A stretch of DNA of 53,536 bases from positions 1 through 53,536 of the forward strand of contig BTWA01000042.1 in the NCBI GenBank assembly GCA_045863295.1. Reading direction: 5' to 3'. The DNA comes from Candidatus Hydrogenedentota bacterium. GTDB taxonomy: Bacteria; Hydrogenedentota; Hydrogenedentia; Hydrogenedentales; SLHB01. This document shows positions 38,246 through 48,143 of this stretch, one piece after another (the first letter of the stretch is position 1; every line of letters starts with the position of its first letter). The notes below the pieces were generated by a model that saw nothing but the letters and a program-made list of their open reading frames with translations, was not told where the DNA came from and made no database searches. Position numbers and translations under genes: made by a program.

Positions 38246-38401
38246 CTAACGTTTGCGGGTCAAAATTATCAAAGCGGCCAGCACACCCGGGATCCACCCG
38301 GCAATCGTCAGCAACGTGACAATTACGATCGAGCCACACCCTTGGTCAATTACGGCCAACGGTGGGAATACGACGCACACTAGTACTCGCCATATGCTCA
38401 T
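38246..38401 (-). CDS. Pmp3/YqaE family small membrane proteolipid (51 aa, absent from the ORF track)
   Basis: Manual translation MSIWRVLVCVVFPPLAVIDQGCGSIVIVTLLTIAGWIPGVLAALIILTRKR carries the PPLAV and LT..GWIPG hallmarks. Confidence 0.9.
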   Translation of the reverse strand: MSIWRVLVCVVFPPLAVIDQGCGSIVIVTLLTIAGWIPGVLAALIILTRKR

Positions 38402-38535
38402 AAGCCAGATGCCCTGAACGCGAATAGCGGCTATCGTGACTCAGCGCCTGTCGCGTCGTCAAGCGGCATGGCTACTTCTGATAGTATCTGTGAAGATCAT
38501 GAAAAGGCTTTCCGACTTAGCTTGGGGCAACAAAT

Positions 38536-39867
38536 ATGAAGCCGGTACTCAGGACGACGATTATCCTTCTTTTGATCGTGGCCGTATTGGCCGGGGAATT
38601 GGGTTGCGCTCGCAGCGGCCGCACTCTCGCACTTTCGCCGGCATCGCGCGAGCCCGGTCAGGTTTCCGCGGCGGAGTTCATTGGATCGCATTCGGCCTGG
38701 AAGCTACGGATGTTACTGTGGTGGGCGGATTTTCCAGTTGGCCCACACATTGATCGCGGCATAAACCTGTACCGGGTTTCGTATTGGACTACGAATTACG
38801 ATGGTAGGCCCATTTTGGCGTCTGGTCTCCTTGGCATACCGCAGACAGGCCTATTGCGAGGAATCGTCAGTTACCAACATGGCACAAACACGTTGCGCGC
38901 GTTTGGCCCTTCGCGGCCAACGCTGGCCGAAGGAATCCTGGGCGCGGGCATTTTTGCGGGCGGTGGTTACCTATATCTGGCGCCGGACTATATTGGTTTC
39001 GGCGCAAGCCGTGAGATTCACCCGTATCTTCACAAAACTAGCACGGTACATGCGGTTGTCGACCTGCTGCGTGCTTCACGAATTGTATGTGAAGAACTTC
39101 AACGGCCATGGCCCAGAAATATTTACTTGACTGGATTCTCGCAAGGGGGTCACGCCACGCTCGCTGTTCACAATGCTATCGATTCGAGTACTGACTTGAA
39201 TCTGTACGTTCGGGCCTCCGCACCGGTTGGTGCGCCTTGCCACTTGGAACGTGAGTCATTTCCTGCAGCCTTGACGGGAGGAGGAACTGTTTTCCTTGCC
39301 TATGTGGCCCATTCCTATTGCACAATCTATGGCACTTCCCCTGAGCGCTTCGTCGCGCAACCCTACGCCGATTCGCTTGCGACGTGGTTCGACGGTAAGC
39401 ACTCGATATTCTCCCTGGTCCGTGAGTTGCCCTCGAATGCGCGCGATCTGTTCACGAGTGACTTCCTGGATGCATATAATTCCGGCAAACCCACATGGTT
39501 TTTGTCGCGAGTGGCTGAGAATGAAGTTCGGCCGTGGGCTGTCAAAGCTCCCATCCGTTTGTACTATGGTGACCAGGATTTGGAGAAGTCGCCCGATGAT
39601 GCGATTTCCTTTGTTGAATCGATGACACAGCTTGGCGGTGATGTGTCCATCGTACGGGTGGGTGATTACAGTCATGAGCGGTCGGTGTTTCACGCCATGC
39701 CAAAGATTCGGGAATGGTTCGATACCTTTTTAGACCCGCATTCAGTTGGGCACCGTCTTGACCAGCAGATTCATGAAGGCGGTCTCTGCTCGCGAGCAGA
39801 AGGCGCCATTGCGTCGCACGGCCCCGAGCGGGACCGTGGGCAAGCCATCTACATATACGGATCGTAA
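38536..39867 (+). CDS. Secreted lipase/esterase (LIP-type alpha/beta hydrolase)
   Basis: SYQHGT, APDYIGFG, HPYL, TGFSQGGHA, YYGDQD, DYSH. Confidence 0.85.
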   Translation: MKPVLRTTIILLLIVAVLAGELGCARSGRTLALSPASREPGQVSAAEFIGSHSAWKLRMLLWWADFPVGPHIDRGINLYRVSYWTTNYDGRPILASGLLGIPQTGLLRGIVSYQHGTNTLRAFGPSRPTLAEGILGAGIFAGGGYLYLAPDYIGFGASREIHPYLHKTSTVHAVVDLLRASRIVCEELQRPWPRNIYLTGFSQGGHATLAVHNAIDSSTDLNLYVRASAPVGAPCHLERESFPAALTGGGTVFLAYVAHSYCTIYGTSPERFVAQPYADSLATWFDGKHSIFSLVRELPSNARDLFTSDFLDAYNSGKPTWFLSRVAENEVRPWAVKAPIRLYYGDQDLEKSPDDAISFVESMTQLGGDVSIVRVGDYSHERSVFHAMPKIREWFDTFLDPHSVGHRLDQQIHEGGLCSRAEGAIASHGPERDRGQAIYIYGS

Positions 39868-40653
39868 GTTGCGGTCGGCTGCCGTCACCGAATGCCGCGG
39901 GAGGAAGGCTAGTCCGATGCCTTCCGATACATAGCGCTTGATGACCTCAAAGCTGCCACTGTCCAAGACGACTCTGGGTTCAAAGCCTGAAACTCGGAAG
40001 TGCGTGCGTAAGAGCGCTCCGGTTCGCGTGTGTTCGTCAAGCAGTAGCAGTGGCGTTTCGCGCAAGTCTTCCAGCGTTACGGAACTCTTCCGTGCCAGAG
40101 TATGTCCGGCAGGCGTAATTAATGCCAACTCCTGCCTAAGCAATTCACGAACTTCTAACGCGGAATCGGCGACTGGAAGTGTCACAAGGGCTAGGTCGAG
40201 ATTTCCTCGCAAGACTTTATCAATAATCGCCTCGGTTGGGCGGCTCACCAATTCCAGCCGGGTCTTGTTGGCTGCGGAGGCAAACGCTTTTACCACAGGA
40301 GGCAAGATATACAGCGCCGTTGTGTCGCTCGCACCCACCCGAAGAACGGGCACGTGGGTATCATCAAAGTCCGCCAATTCGCGCGTGAGTCCATCGACCT
40401 CGGTCAGTAAGGATCTCGCTCGTTGGTAAAGCTTTTCCCCCGCAGGAGTCGGGCGTCCAGACTTTCGGTCCAGTAAAGCGTACCCGAGTTTCGTTTCCAG
40501 CCCTTTAAGCTGTTGGCTTACGGCTGGCTGAGACCGGTTGAGGCGTTGTGCCGCTTCGCGGAACGAAGATTCTTCGACGACCGCACAGAAGACGCGCAAG
40601 GCTTCGAGCGTGAGCGCTCCTTTTGCGATTTCGGGATGTATTCGTTTTGTCAC
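39742..40653 (-). CDS. LysR family transcriptional regulator
   Basis: LRVFCAVVEESSFREAAQRLNRSQPAVSQQLKGLE..LG..LLDR, PTPAG, LRVGAS. Confidence 0.95.
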   Translation of the reverse strand: MTKRIHPEIAKGALTLEALRVFCAVVEESSFREAAQRLNRSQPAVSQQLKGLETKLGYALLDRKSGRPTPAGEKLYQRARSLLTEVDGLTRELADFDDTHVPVLRVGASDTTALYILPPVVKAFASAANKTRLELVSRPTEAIIDKVLRGNLDLALVTLPVADSALEVRELLRQELALITPAGHTLARKSSVTLEDLRETPLLLLDEHTRTGALLRTHFRVSGFEPRVVLDSGSFEVIKRYVSEGIGLAFLPRHSVTAADRNLRSVYVDGLPTVPLGAVRRNGAFCSRAETAFMNLLVKTVPN

Positions 40654-40782
40654 GGCAAATTTTCCTTGCTCAATGATAATATAAACTTATTAAATTCATC
40701 AATATATTTCATTTGCATTATGATTATCCCCTGCGTATGCTCACGGCAAGTTCCGGATGCAGCATTTCAAAGGGATGATTTC

Positions 40783-41853
40783 ATGAATGATGAACGGCCC
40801 CGGATGAGTTACAAGGACGCGGGCGTGAATATTGACGCGGCGGACGAGGCCTTGCGCCAAATCCCCGCGATCGTGAAGAAGACTTACAACGACAACGTCC
40901 TATATGACATAGGCACATTTGGCGCGATGTACCAGTTTGATACCTCGGGGTTAACTGATCCTGTGCTGGTCTCAAGCGTGGATGGGGTTGGCACCAAGCT
41001 TAAGTTGGCCTTTATGACGGACAAGCACGACACGATTGGCGTCGATCTTGTTTCTCATTGCGTGAACGATATTTTGGTACAGGGCGCCAAGCCGCTGTTC
41101 TTTCTGGATTATCTTGCCTTTGGCAAGTTGAAGCCCGATGTGGTTGTTCAGGTCATTCAAGGGCTTGCCAATGGATGCCGTTATGCGGGCTGCGCATTGA
41201 TCGGCGGCGAGACGGCTGAAATGCCGGACATGTATCAAGAGGGCGAGTACGATATTTCAGGCACCATTGTCGGAGTCGTGGATCGGTCCAAAATAGTCGA
41301 TGGATCAAAGATCGTTTCTGGCGACGTAATCATCGGTCTTCCATCGTCCGGGCTGCACACCAACGGCTACAGCCTTGCCCGCAAAATATGTTTCGAGGCC
41401 GCGCGGTTGGGTGTACACGATCCGATGCCGGGTACAGGCATGACTGTTGCCGAGGCCTTGATGGCGCCGCATACCAGTTACGCGCGGATGATTCAGATAC
41501 TCATGCGCGTGGTCAATGTTAAAGGGATGAGTCATATTACTGGCGGGGGAATTACGGACAATCTGCCGCGTACGTTACCCAAGGACATCGGTGCAGAGAT
41601 CGAGCTTGGTTCCTGGAGCGTGCCACCGTTATTCCGTTTCTTGCAGGACGCAGGCAATGTGGAAACCATGGAGATGTTACGGACTTTTAATATGGGCATG
41701 GGCTATCTGGTAGTCGTAGCGTCTGAAGACACGGAACGTGCGATAACGACATTGCAGCAGACCGGCACAGAACCGGCCGTTTTAGGCCGAATTGTGGCCG
41801 GGGAGCGGCGTGTACACTATAAGGGACACTTGGCATATGCCGCACCGCGTTGA
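40783..41853 (+). CDS. purM: Phosphoribosylformylglycinamidine cyclo-ligase
   Basis: YKDAGVNID, DGVGTK, VNDIL, GGETAEMP, SSGLHTNGYSL, HITGGG, TFNMG. Confidence 0.97.
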   Translation: MNDERPRMSYKDAGVNIDAADEALRQIPAIVKKTYNDNVLYDIGTFGAMYQFDTSGLTDPVLVSSVDGVGTKLKLAFMTDKHDTIGVDLVSHCVNDILVQGAKPLFFLDYLAFGKLKPDVVVQVIQGLANGCRYAGCALIGGETAEMPDMYQEGEYDISGTIVGVVDRSKIVDGSKIVSGDVIIGLPSSGLHTNGYSLARKICFEAARLGVHDPMPGTGMTVAEALMAPHTSYARMIQILMRVVNVKGMSHITGGGITDNLPRTLPKDIGAEIELGSWSVPPLFRFLQDAGNVETMEMLRTFNMGMGYLVVVASEDTERAITTLQQTGTEPAVLGRIVAGERRVHYKGHLAYAAPR

Positions 41854-44797
41854 AGTAGGCATGAAACAGGGGATGCCGGATCCCGTGGGGAATGGGCTGC
41901 AATTGCAGATTGCTGAAGACTTGGGCATCCAAGTGGACGCAGTTCATGTAGTCGATGTTTATACGATCGACGCGGTACTGACCGAGGACGAGCTTAAGCA
42001 GGTACAGCGTGAGCTATTTACCGATCCAATAATTCAGGATTCCGCTACCAACCGGACACTGCCTTCCAAGTACGACTATTTGATTGAGGTCGGTTTTCGG
42101 CCTGGAGTTACCGACAATGTGGGGAAGAGCGCGGCGGAAGGCATTGCCGATACGATTGGACGTTCGCTTACCGAGGGAGAAGGAGTCTACAAGTCTACTT
42201 TGTACGCTCTTCAAGGGGATGTTTCCGGAAAAGAATGCGAGCGAATAGCGAAGGACCTGCTTGCGAACGATCTGATTCAGCGTTGGACGGTGCGCGCCGC
42301 AGACGCTATGGGGAAGGACAGCACGCCGTTTTTGCTTGATCTTCCCATAGTGACCGATCGTAGTGAGGCAACGGTACGTGCCATCGATCTTGAAGTTGAT
42401 GACGAATCGCTGGCGGCACTTAGTGATCGAATGATGCTTGCCCTTGAACTTCACGAAATGAAGGCAATTCAGGCGCACTATCGTGAGTCTTGGGTTCGTG
42501 CATTCCGTGAGGAATCGGGCCTCCCAGTTTGTCCTTCGGACATAGAGTTGGAGGTCATTGCTCAAACTTGGTCGGAGCACTGCAAACACAAGATATTCGC
42601 CGCTGAAGTGCACTATACCGATGAAGGCGGAAATGAGCGTGTAATCGACGGTCTGTTCAGGACATATGTCAAGGCCACCACCGAAGAGGTAGGCAAGCGA
42701 ATCGATTGGCTGGTGAGCGTGTTTCACGACAATGCCGGATTAATCCGCTTTGACGAGCATTGGCATTTCGCCCTGAAGGCAGAGACGCACAATAGTCCGT
42801 CAGCGCTTGATCCTTATGGCGGCGCCATAACCGGCATCGTTGGCGTGAACCGTGACATTCTTGGCGCGGGAATGGGTTGCCGATGCATCTTCAATACAGA
42901 TGTATTTTGCTTTGCATCGCCTTTTTACCAAGGTGATATTCCGCCCCGGCTGATGCACCCGCGTCGCGTACTTCGCGGCGTGCACCGTGGGGTGAAGGAT
43001 GGCGGCAATCAGAGTGGCATACCCGATGTGAACGGCGCAATTGTGTTTCATGATCGTTTTCTCGGTAAGCCGATGGTGTTTTGCGGCACGGGTGGTTTAA
43101 TTCCCTCTGTCGTGAATGGAAATCCCAGCCATGAAAAGGGTGCTCGAAACGGTGATCTTATCGTCATGTGCGGCGGTCGGATTGGCAAAGACGGCATACA
43201 TGGCGCAACTTTCAGTTCTCAAGAGTTGCACGAAGGATCTCCAGCAACTGCAGTGCAAATTGGCGACGCCATTACCCAGAAGAAGATGGCTGATTTTCTG
43301 TTGGAAGCGCGCGACCTGGGATTGTTCACCTGCATTACTGACAACGGTGCCGGCGGCTTGTCTAGCAGCGTGGGTGAAATGGCCAAGGCTTCAGGTGGCG
43401 CTGAGGTGCATCTTGATCGGGCTCCCTTGAAGTACCCGGGGTTGGCACCGTGGGAGATATTTCTGTCCGAGGCGCAAGAGCGCATGACCCTTTCCATTCC
43501 GCCCGATTGTCTCGATGCATTCATGGAATTGGCAAGTCGCCGCGCTGTGGAAGCTACAGCATTAGGATCATTTACTGATACTGGCCGCCTGGACTTGTTT
43601 TTTGATGGACAGCTCGTAGGCGCGTTGGATATGACCTTTTTGCACGACGGGGTACCGCGGATGCAATTGCAGGCCACATGGACGCCGCCCCGACTTGAGC
43701 CTGAGCCGGAATTGGTGAGCGAAGACCTGATAGCAGACTTGAAGGCGGTGCTTGGGTCGCTGAATGTTTGCAGCAAAGAGTCGTTCGTGCGCATGTACGA
43801 TCACGAAGTGCTGGCCCAAAGCGTGTTGAAACAATTCCAGGGGATCGAAAACGATGGGCCGGGCAATGCGGGAGTCATCCGTCCGGTCCTCGGTTCGAAT
43901 CGCGGTATAGCCGTATCCTGTGGGATTTGTCCTAAGTACAGTGACATTGACACCTACTGGATGATGGCCTGCGCAATTGACGAGGCAGTCCGGAATCTTG
44001 TGGCGGTTGGCGCCCGAATCGGGTCGATTGCAGGTTTGGATAATTTTTGCTGGCCTGACCCTGTACAGAGCCCAAAAACTCCGGACGGCGAATACAAGCT
44101 TGCGCAACTGGTCCGTTGCTGTGAAGCGCTGAAAGACGTGTGTGTCGCCTATGACATACCGTTAATCAGCGGAAAAGACAGCATGAAAAATGACTACAAA
44201 ATAGGCGAAACCAAGATATCTATTCCGCCTACTGTGTTATTCACGGCCGCTGCAATCCTTGAGGACGCGACGAAAGTTGTTTCCATGGACGTCAAAGGCC
44301 CGGGGCATGAGGTCTACGTGATTGGCGACACTCATGAAGAGATGGGGGGGAGCGAATATCTAGCTCTGCGTGGACTACTGGGAGTCCATGTGCCCAAAGT
44401 ACACGCGCATAAGGCGCGCGCTTCGTACGAAAAGCTATCCAGCGCCATCGCAGCGGGATTGGTGGTTTCGTGCCATGATTGTTCTGACGGCGGCTTGGGC
44501 TCGGCACTCTCCGAATCCGCGTTCTCTGGGGGATTTGGCATGGAAATCGACATCGCGTCCGTGGGGGCGAAGAACGATGTAGTCGCGCTCTTCAGTGAAT
44601 CACAGAGCCGGTTCGTCGTGACGGTATCGGTGGAGCATTGTGCGATATTTGAGCGGGTCATGGCGGGAAGCAGCTGCCGCCGGATTGGCCAAACCCTAGT
44701 CGAACCCGTGCTGAAGTTGAAATCCATGCAAGGCGCGGTGCTGCAGGCATCTCTTGATGAACTAAAAGAGGCATGGAAGAGGCCGCTTCGTTGGTAG
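41837..44797 (+). CDS. purL: FGAM synthase subunit PurL with N-terminal PurS-like domains
   Basis: QTWSEHCKHKIF, DNAG, KAETHNSPSA, DGIHGA, SEAQERM, YDHEV, ISGKDS, HDCSDGG. The N-terminal ~190 aa is PurS-like (GFRPGVTDNVG, LLANDLIQ). Confidence 0.95.
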   Translation: MPHRVEVGMKQGMPDPVGNGLQLQIAEDLGIQVDAVHVVDVYTIDAVLTEDELKQVQRELFTDPIIQDSATNRTLPSKYDYLIEVGFRPGVTDNVGKSAAEGIADTIGRSLTEGEGVYKSTLYALQGDVSGKECERIAKDLLANDLIQRWTVRAADAMGKDSTPFLLDLPIVTDRSEATVRAIDLEVDDESLAALSDRMMLALELHEMKAIQAHYRESWVRAFREESGLPVCPSDIELEVIAQTWSEHCKHKIFAAEVHYTDEGGNERVIDGLFRTYVKATTEEVGKRIDWLVSVFHDNAGLIRFDEHWHFALKAETHNSPSALDPYGGAITGIVGVNRDILGAGMGCRCIFNTDVFCFASPFYQGDIPPRLMHPRRVLRGVHRGVKDGGNQSGIPDVNGAIVFHDRFLGKPMVFCGTGGLIPSVVNGNPSHEKGARNGDLIVMCGGRIGKDGIHGATFSSQELHEGSPATAVQIGDAITQKKMADFLLEARDLGLFTCITDNGAGGLSSSVGEMAKASGGAEVHLDRAPLKYPGLAPWEIFLSEAQERMTLSIPPDCLDAFMELASRRAVEATALGSFTDTGRLDLFFDGQLVGALDMTFLHDGVPRMQLQATWTPPRLEPEPELVSEDLIADLKAVLGSLNVCSKESFVRMYDHEVLAQSVLKQFQGIENDGPGNAGVIRPVLGSNRGIAVSCGICPKYSDIDTYWMMACAIDEAVRNLVAVGARIGSIAGLDNFCWPDPVQSPKTPDGEYKLAQLVRCCEALKDVCVAYDIPLISGKDSMKNDYKIGETKISIPPTVLFTAAAILEDATKVVSMDVKGPGHEVYVIGDTHEEMGGSEYLALRGLLGVHVPKVHAHKARASYEKLSSAIAAGLVVSCHDCSDGGLGSALSESAFSGGFGMEIDIASVGAKNDVVALFSESQSRFVVTVSVEHCAIFERVMAGSSCRRIGQTLVEPVLKLKSMQGAVLQASLDELKEAWKRPLRW

Positions 44798-44822
44798 CGG
44801 TAGGCAAGAAGGGTACTCACTC

Positions 44823-45623
44823 GTGAGCGTACGCGCACTTATATTGACGGGATTCGGCATCAATTGTGACAACGAAACGGAATATGCATTTCGTCTTGCA
44901 GGGGCCGCTGCACAGCGCATGCACCTCAATGATTTGCTTGCTTCGCCCGATCTGCTTGAAGCCGCTTCTATTTTGGCCGTACCGGGCGGGTTTTCATTTG
45001 GCGACGACATCGCTTCGGGCCGGATATTGGCGAACCGGCTACGTTATCGACTTGGCGAACCTCTGGCTCAGTTCATCGGCGAAGGCAAGTTGGTGATTGG
45101 CATTTGTAATGGTTTTCAAGTATTGGTGAAGATGGGATTACTCCCCATGGTCTCGGCACCGTTTATTCAAGAAGTTACGCTGACTCATAACGATTCCGGC
45201 CGTTTTGAGAATCGGTGGGTCAAATTGAAGGCCGATCCGTCGAGCGTGTGTGTGTGGACCCGTGGCATAGATACCATCGAATTGCCGGTTCGCCATGGTG
45301 AGGGCAAGTTCATAGCGTGTGACGCACAGTTTTATGATCAAATGAAGGCTTCCGGCTTGGTTGCGTTGAGGTACTGTAATGCCGATGGGCGGTTGGCGAA
45401 GGGCGAATACCCCGCGAACCCGAATGGTTCAATTGATGATGTTGCGGGACTGTGCGACGCCACAGGGCGTGTCTTCGGCTTGATGCCGCACCCGGAGGCA
45501 AATGTTCATCGCACGCACCATCCACGTTGGACCCGGGAGGCGTTGGAGGCCGAAGGACAAGGACTGCAGATCATAAGAAATGGTGTAGCTTATGCCCAGG
45601 CCGCAGTCACGGCGGCTGTGTAG
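44823..45623 (+). CDS. purQ: FGAM synthase glutaminase subunit
   Basis: GINCD.E, PGGFSFGD, GICNGFQ, RHGEG, NPNGS, MPHPE. Confidence 0.96.
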   Translation: MSVRALILTGFGINCDNETEYAFRLAGAAAQRMHLNDLLASPDLLEAASILAVPGGFSFGDDIASGRILANRLRYRLGEPLAQFIGEGKLVIGICNGFQVLVKMGLLPMVSAPFIQEVTLTHNDSGRFENRWVKLKADPSSVCVWTRGIDTIELPVRHGEGKFIACDAQFYDQMKASGLVALRYCNADGRLAKGEYPANPNGSIDDVAGLCDATGRVFGLMPHPEANVHRTHHPRWTREALEAEGQGLQIIRNGVAYAQAAVTAAV

Positions 45624-46065
45624 TTTCGGCATCTATTGCCATGAATAGCGCCTTGGCTCTTGTTTGGCATTCAGCATCAGTGCATGCGCCACTTTCCAGG
45701 ATTTGCCACTGATTACCCTCCCTAGCCAGAAAGTAGTCCAGCCCCGCATATACAGGTTCGCCCGCGACGATACCTATGACCGTGTAGACAGAGATTTTCC
45801 CTCTCGCAGTTCCCCATACGATATAGTCGCGTGAAGCGGTTACCTCAAACACGGACTTTGGGTTCTTGGACCCCAATTCCAGCACCCGAGTCGAATTCAC
45901 AGCTATTTCACGCAGGCCGTCATTCAATAAGCTGATGTCCCAAAAATGGATTGACGCCACGCCTGCGGTCACCAAACAGACCAAACCCAGCATCAAATGG
46001 CGCAAAGGGATTTTGCGGTGGGCGACATCGCGGTCCTCTACAGATCTGGTTGAGACGCTAACCAA
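45607..46065 (-). CDS. Membrane-anchored hypothetical protein, paralog 3 of a tandem triplet (start uncertain, TTG chosen)
   Basis: N-terminal TM, then VTASRDYIVWG...GKISVYT, GLDYFL, W, CTDAEC. Confidence 0.7.
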   Translation of the reverse strand: MVSVSTRSVEDRDVAHRKIPLRHLMLGLVCLVTAGVASIHFWDISLLNDGLREIAVNSTRVLELGSKNPKSVFEVTASRDYIVWGTARGKISVYTVIGIVAGEPVYAGLDYFLAREGNQWQILESGACTDAECQTRAKALFMAIDAETTQPP

Positions 46066-46082
46066 ATTGGGTATCCAGTCCG

Positions 46083-46502
46083 TTATCTGGTCAGGGCTTG
46101 CCGGGATCGGTCGAGGCAATCGACTGATCTACACACAGTAGTCTCGGTGACCTGCCAGCCTTCTGTTGTGTGGACGAGGAAGTACTGAACTGTAGTGTAT
46201 TCAGGGCCGGAGCTTTCGTTTTCCATTAAGGTATACACTTCAATTCTTCCGGACGCCGGTCCCAATATAACAAATTCTCGATTGGCGCTGACGCCAAAGT
46301 CTGTCTTGAGACCCGCGTCCGCCTCCATCAGTTTGCTTTGGGCGTTTTCCGCGGCAGGAATCAGACTCTTTTTCAATAGGTACATGTCTGCGAAATGAGC
46401 GCCAGCACCCAGAAGGACCAGGATCAGGATACCTAAGGAAAACAGGGGACTTCTGCGAGAGCTGTTCACATTCGTCTTGCTGGATTCTTCCGTAGTACTC
46501 AT
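46083..46502 (-). CDS. Membrane-anchored hypothetical protein, paralog 2
   Basis: N-terminal TM, then VSANREFVILG...GRIEVYT, VQYFL, GW, CRSVDC. ATGA overlap with paralog 1. Confidence 0.75.
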   Translation of the reverse strand: MSTTEESSKTNVNSSRRSPLFSLGILILVLLGAGAHFADMYLLKKSLIPAAENAQSKLMEADAGLKTDFGVSANREFVILGPASGRIEVYTLMENESSGPEYTTVQYFLVHTTEGWQVTETTVCRSVDCLDRSRQALTR

Positions 46503-46903
46503 CGGAGTCCCTTTTCATTTATGAACATGGCGCGTGCAGCATCCCTGCTTTCAAAGGCGATGGAAATTGATCTGTCAATCAGATACCAGTGCCCATTCTC
46601 GAAATCGAAATGGTATTCGAGACCGCCAAATTCCTCCGGTTCTTGTCCTATTCTCAATCGAGTGTAGTAATTGACCTTTCCAGAAGGCGGACCAAATAGG
46701 AGGTATTGCTTGGTGACAACGACCTCTGATTTTACTTCCAACGGTTCCTTGCCTTTGACTTGGTCGATGTAGTTTTCGGCTATCCGGTTTAGAGATGCTT
46801 CCAGCACGCGGGTATGCAAGAAATTCCCGGCCCAGGCTCCCACCAGACCGGCCAGCAGCATGACCTGCAGAAACAATCTCAATCGTTGCCATCGTTGCCC
46901 CAT
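46499..46903 (-). CDS. Membrane-anchored hypothetical protein, paralog 1
   Basis: N-terminal TM, then VVVTKQYLLFG...GKVNYYT, GLEYHF, GHW. RBS GAGG. Confidence 0.75.
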   Translation of the reverse strand: MGQRWQRLRLFLQVMLLAGLVGAWAGNFLHTRVLEASLNRIAENYIDQVKGKEPLEVKSEVVVTKQYLLFGPPSGKVNYYTRLRIGQEPEEFGGLEYHFDFENGHWYLIDRSISIAFESRDAARAMFINEKGLR

Positions 46904-47013
46904 GCATTACCTCGTCACTGCCCCAGGTTTTGAATCCGCTTCCAGTAAACGAATGTCTCTTGCGCTGGGGTCTATCGATTCATTCCTGCCGAGGTCGAAA
47001 CCATGGCAAGTTA

Positions 47014-47991
47014 TCAAAGCACGTGCTCTTTTCGAATAGGTGGAGGACCGGTGTCAAAGGCGAAGTATGACGGACCACAGTGGGTAAGTAGAAAAAGGGA
47101 GAATGACCGGTCCAACACATAGTATGGCGCAAATATGGCATGGTGAATCACGGGCAAGTATCCGATACAACAGGTCACGCAACCCACTAGCAGCGACGCG
47201 ATTCCCAATGCTATAGCGAAAAGCCACCGCAAGATCAGGAATCCGATGACATTGAGCCAGTTTTGTCTTGCCGCATCGCGGAATATTCCCCAGGCTTCCC
47301 AGCAGGAGACATCCGCGTGAAGCATTATTGGCGCAACAAAACTGCGAGTCAATGTAGTGATGATGGCAAAGACAAACGCCGCAGCCCCCCCCAAGAGCAT
47401 CATCGGAAAGAGGGTGGCCACAACGGGCCAGAGTTGTGGAGAATCGCTGGTCAGTTGCGGACGAATCATCAAGAGCGAAATTACCAAGAGTACGACATAG
47501 AATGCGTATGAAAATAACATCAGTTCCAGATAAAACCAGAAAAGCGACATTACTTGCCTGTCGGTGGCATTCCAGTTTTCACCGATTCCGAACCGATTGC
47601 GTGCTACGGCGCGAATGAACATGAGTTGTCCACGGCAACCTATGTAAAGTAGCAATGTTCGAATGACCAACAGAAACAAAAAGACCAAGGCTCCGATTGC
47701 AAGAACCATGGGGAAGATATCCCGCATTTGCAGGATGATCGTCTGAAAATCCGATTGAAAGGAACTGTAGTTTTGTCCACTTTGAGCTGTATACGAGAAA
47801 TTTGAGAAGGACGCCTGATTTGCGCCCGTTAACGTAATATCCAGAAAGGCAATGAACCCAATTGGTAACCACAACTCGGCCGAAAACGGAAAGCAGGTGC
47901 GTTTGGCATGTTCAATTGACTGTTGGATTGCGTCAATGACTCTCATGTTACCTGCGGATTCCTCCGGTGATTTCCAAATGTCCGAGCCCAT
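47014..47991 (-). CDS. Uncharacterised multi-pass membrane protein (DUF7544-like)
   Basis: FPFSAELWLPIGFIAFL, RGQLMF, FVAPIM, GCVTCCIGYLP, RSFSLF. RBS GGAGAGGAG. Confidence 0.75.
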   Translation of the reverse strand: MGSDIWKSPEESAGNMRVIDAIQQSIEHAKRTCFPFSAELWLPIGFIAFLDITLTGANQASFSNFSYTAQSGQNYSSFQSDFQTIILQMRDIFPMVLAIGALVFLFLLVIRTLLLYIGCRGQLMFIRAVARNRFGIGENWNATDRQVMSLFWFYLELMLFSYAFYVVLLVISLLMIRPQLTSDSPQLWPVVATLFPMMLLGGAAAFVFAIITTLTRSFVAPIMLHADVSCWEAWGIFRDAARQNWLNVIGFLILRWLFAIALGIASLLVGCVTCCIGYLPVIHHAIFAPYYVLDRSFSLFLLTHCGPSYFAFDTGPPPIRKEHVL

Positions 47992-48143
47992 GAGGCTCCT
48001 CTCCTGCTGTTCCTCACCTTTTCCACAGTATCGCATTTGCCACCCTATTCGCCATCTGGGACTATAACTTGGAATCGAATTCCGACGCCCGATGGGGTAC
48101 ACTTCTTCTACTTCGAGTATTGTGGCCGATAGGGGACATTCCA

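Noticed and set aside
45994..46039. Out-of-frame ATG with a GAGGA SD inside paralog 3, suggesting a frameshift
   Set aside because: It gives only an 11 aa peptide. The in-frame TTG start yields an N-terminus similar in length to paralog 2.
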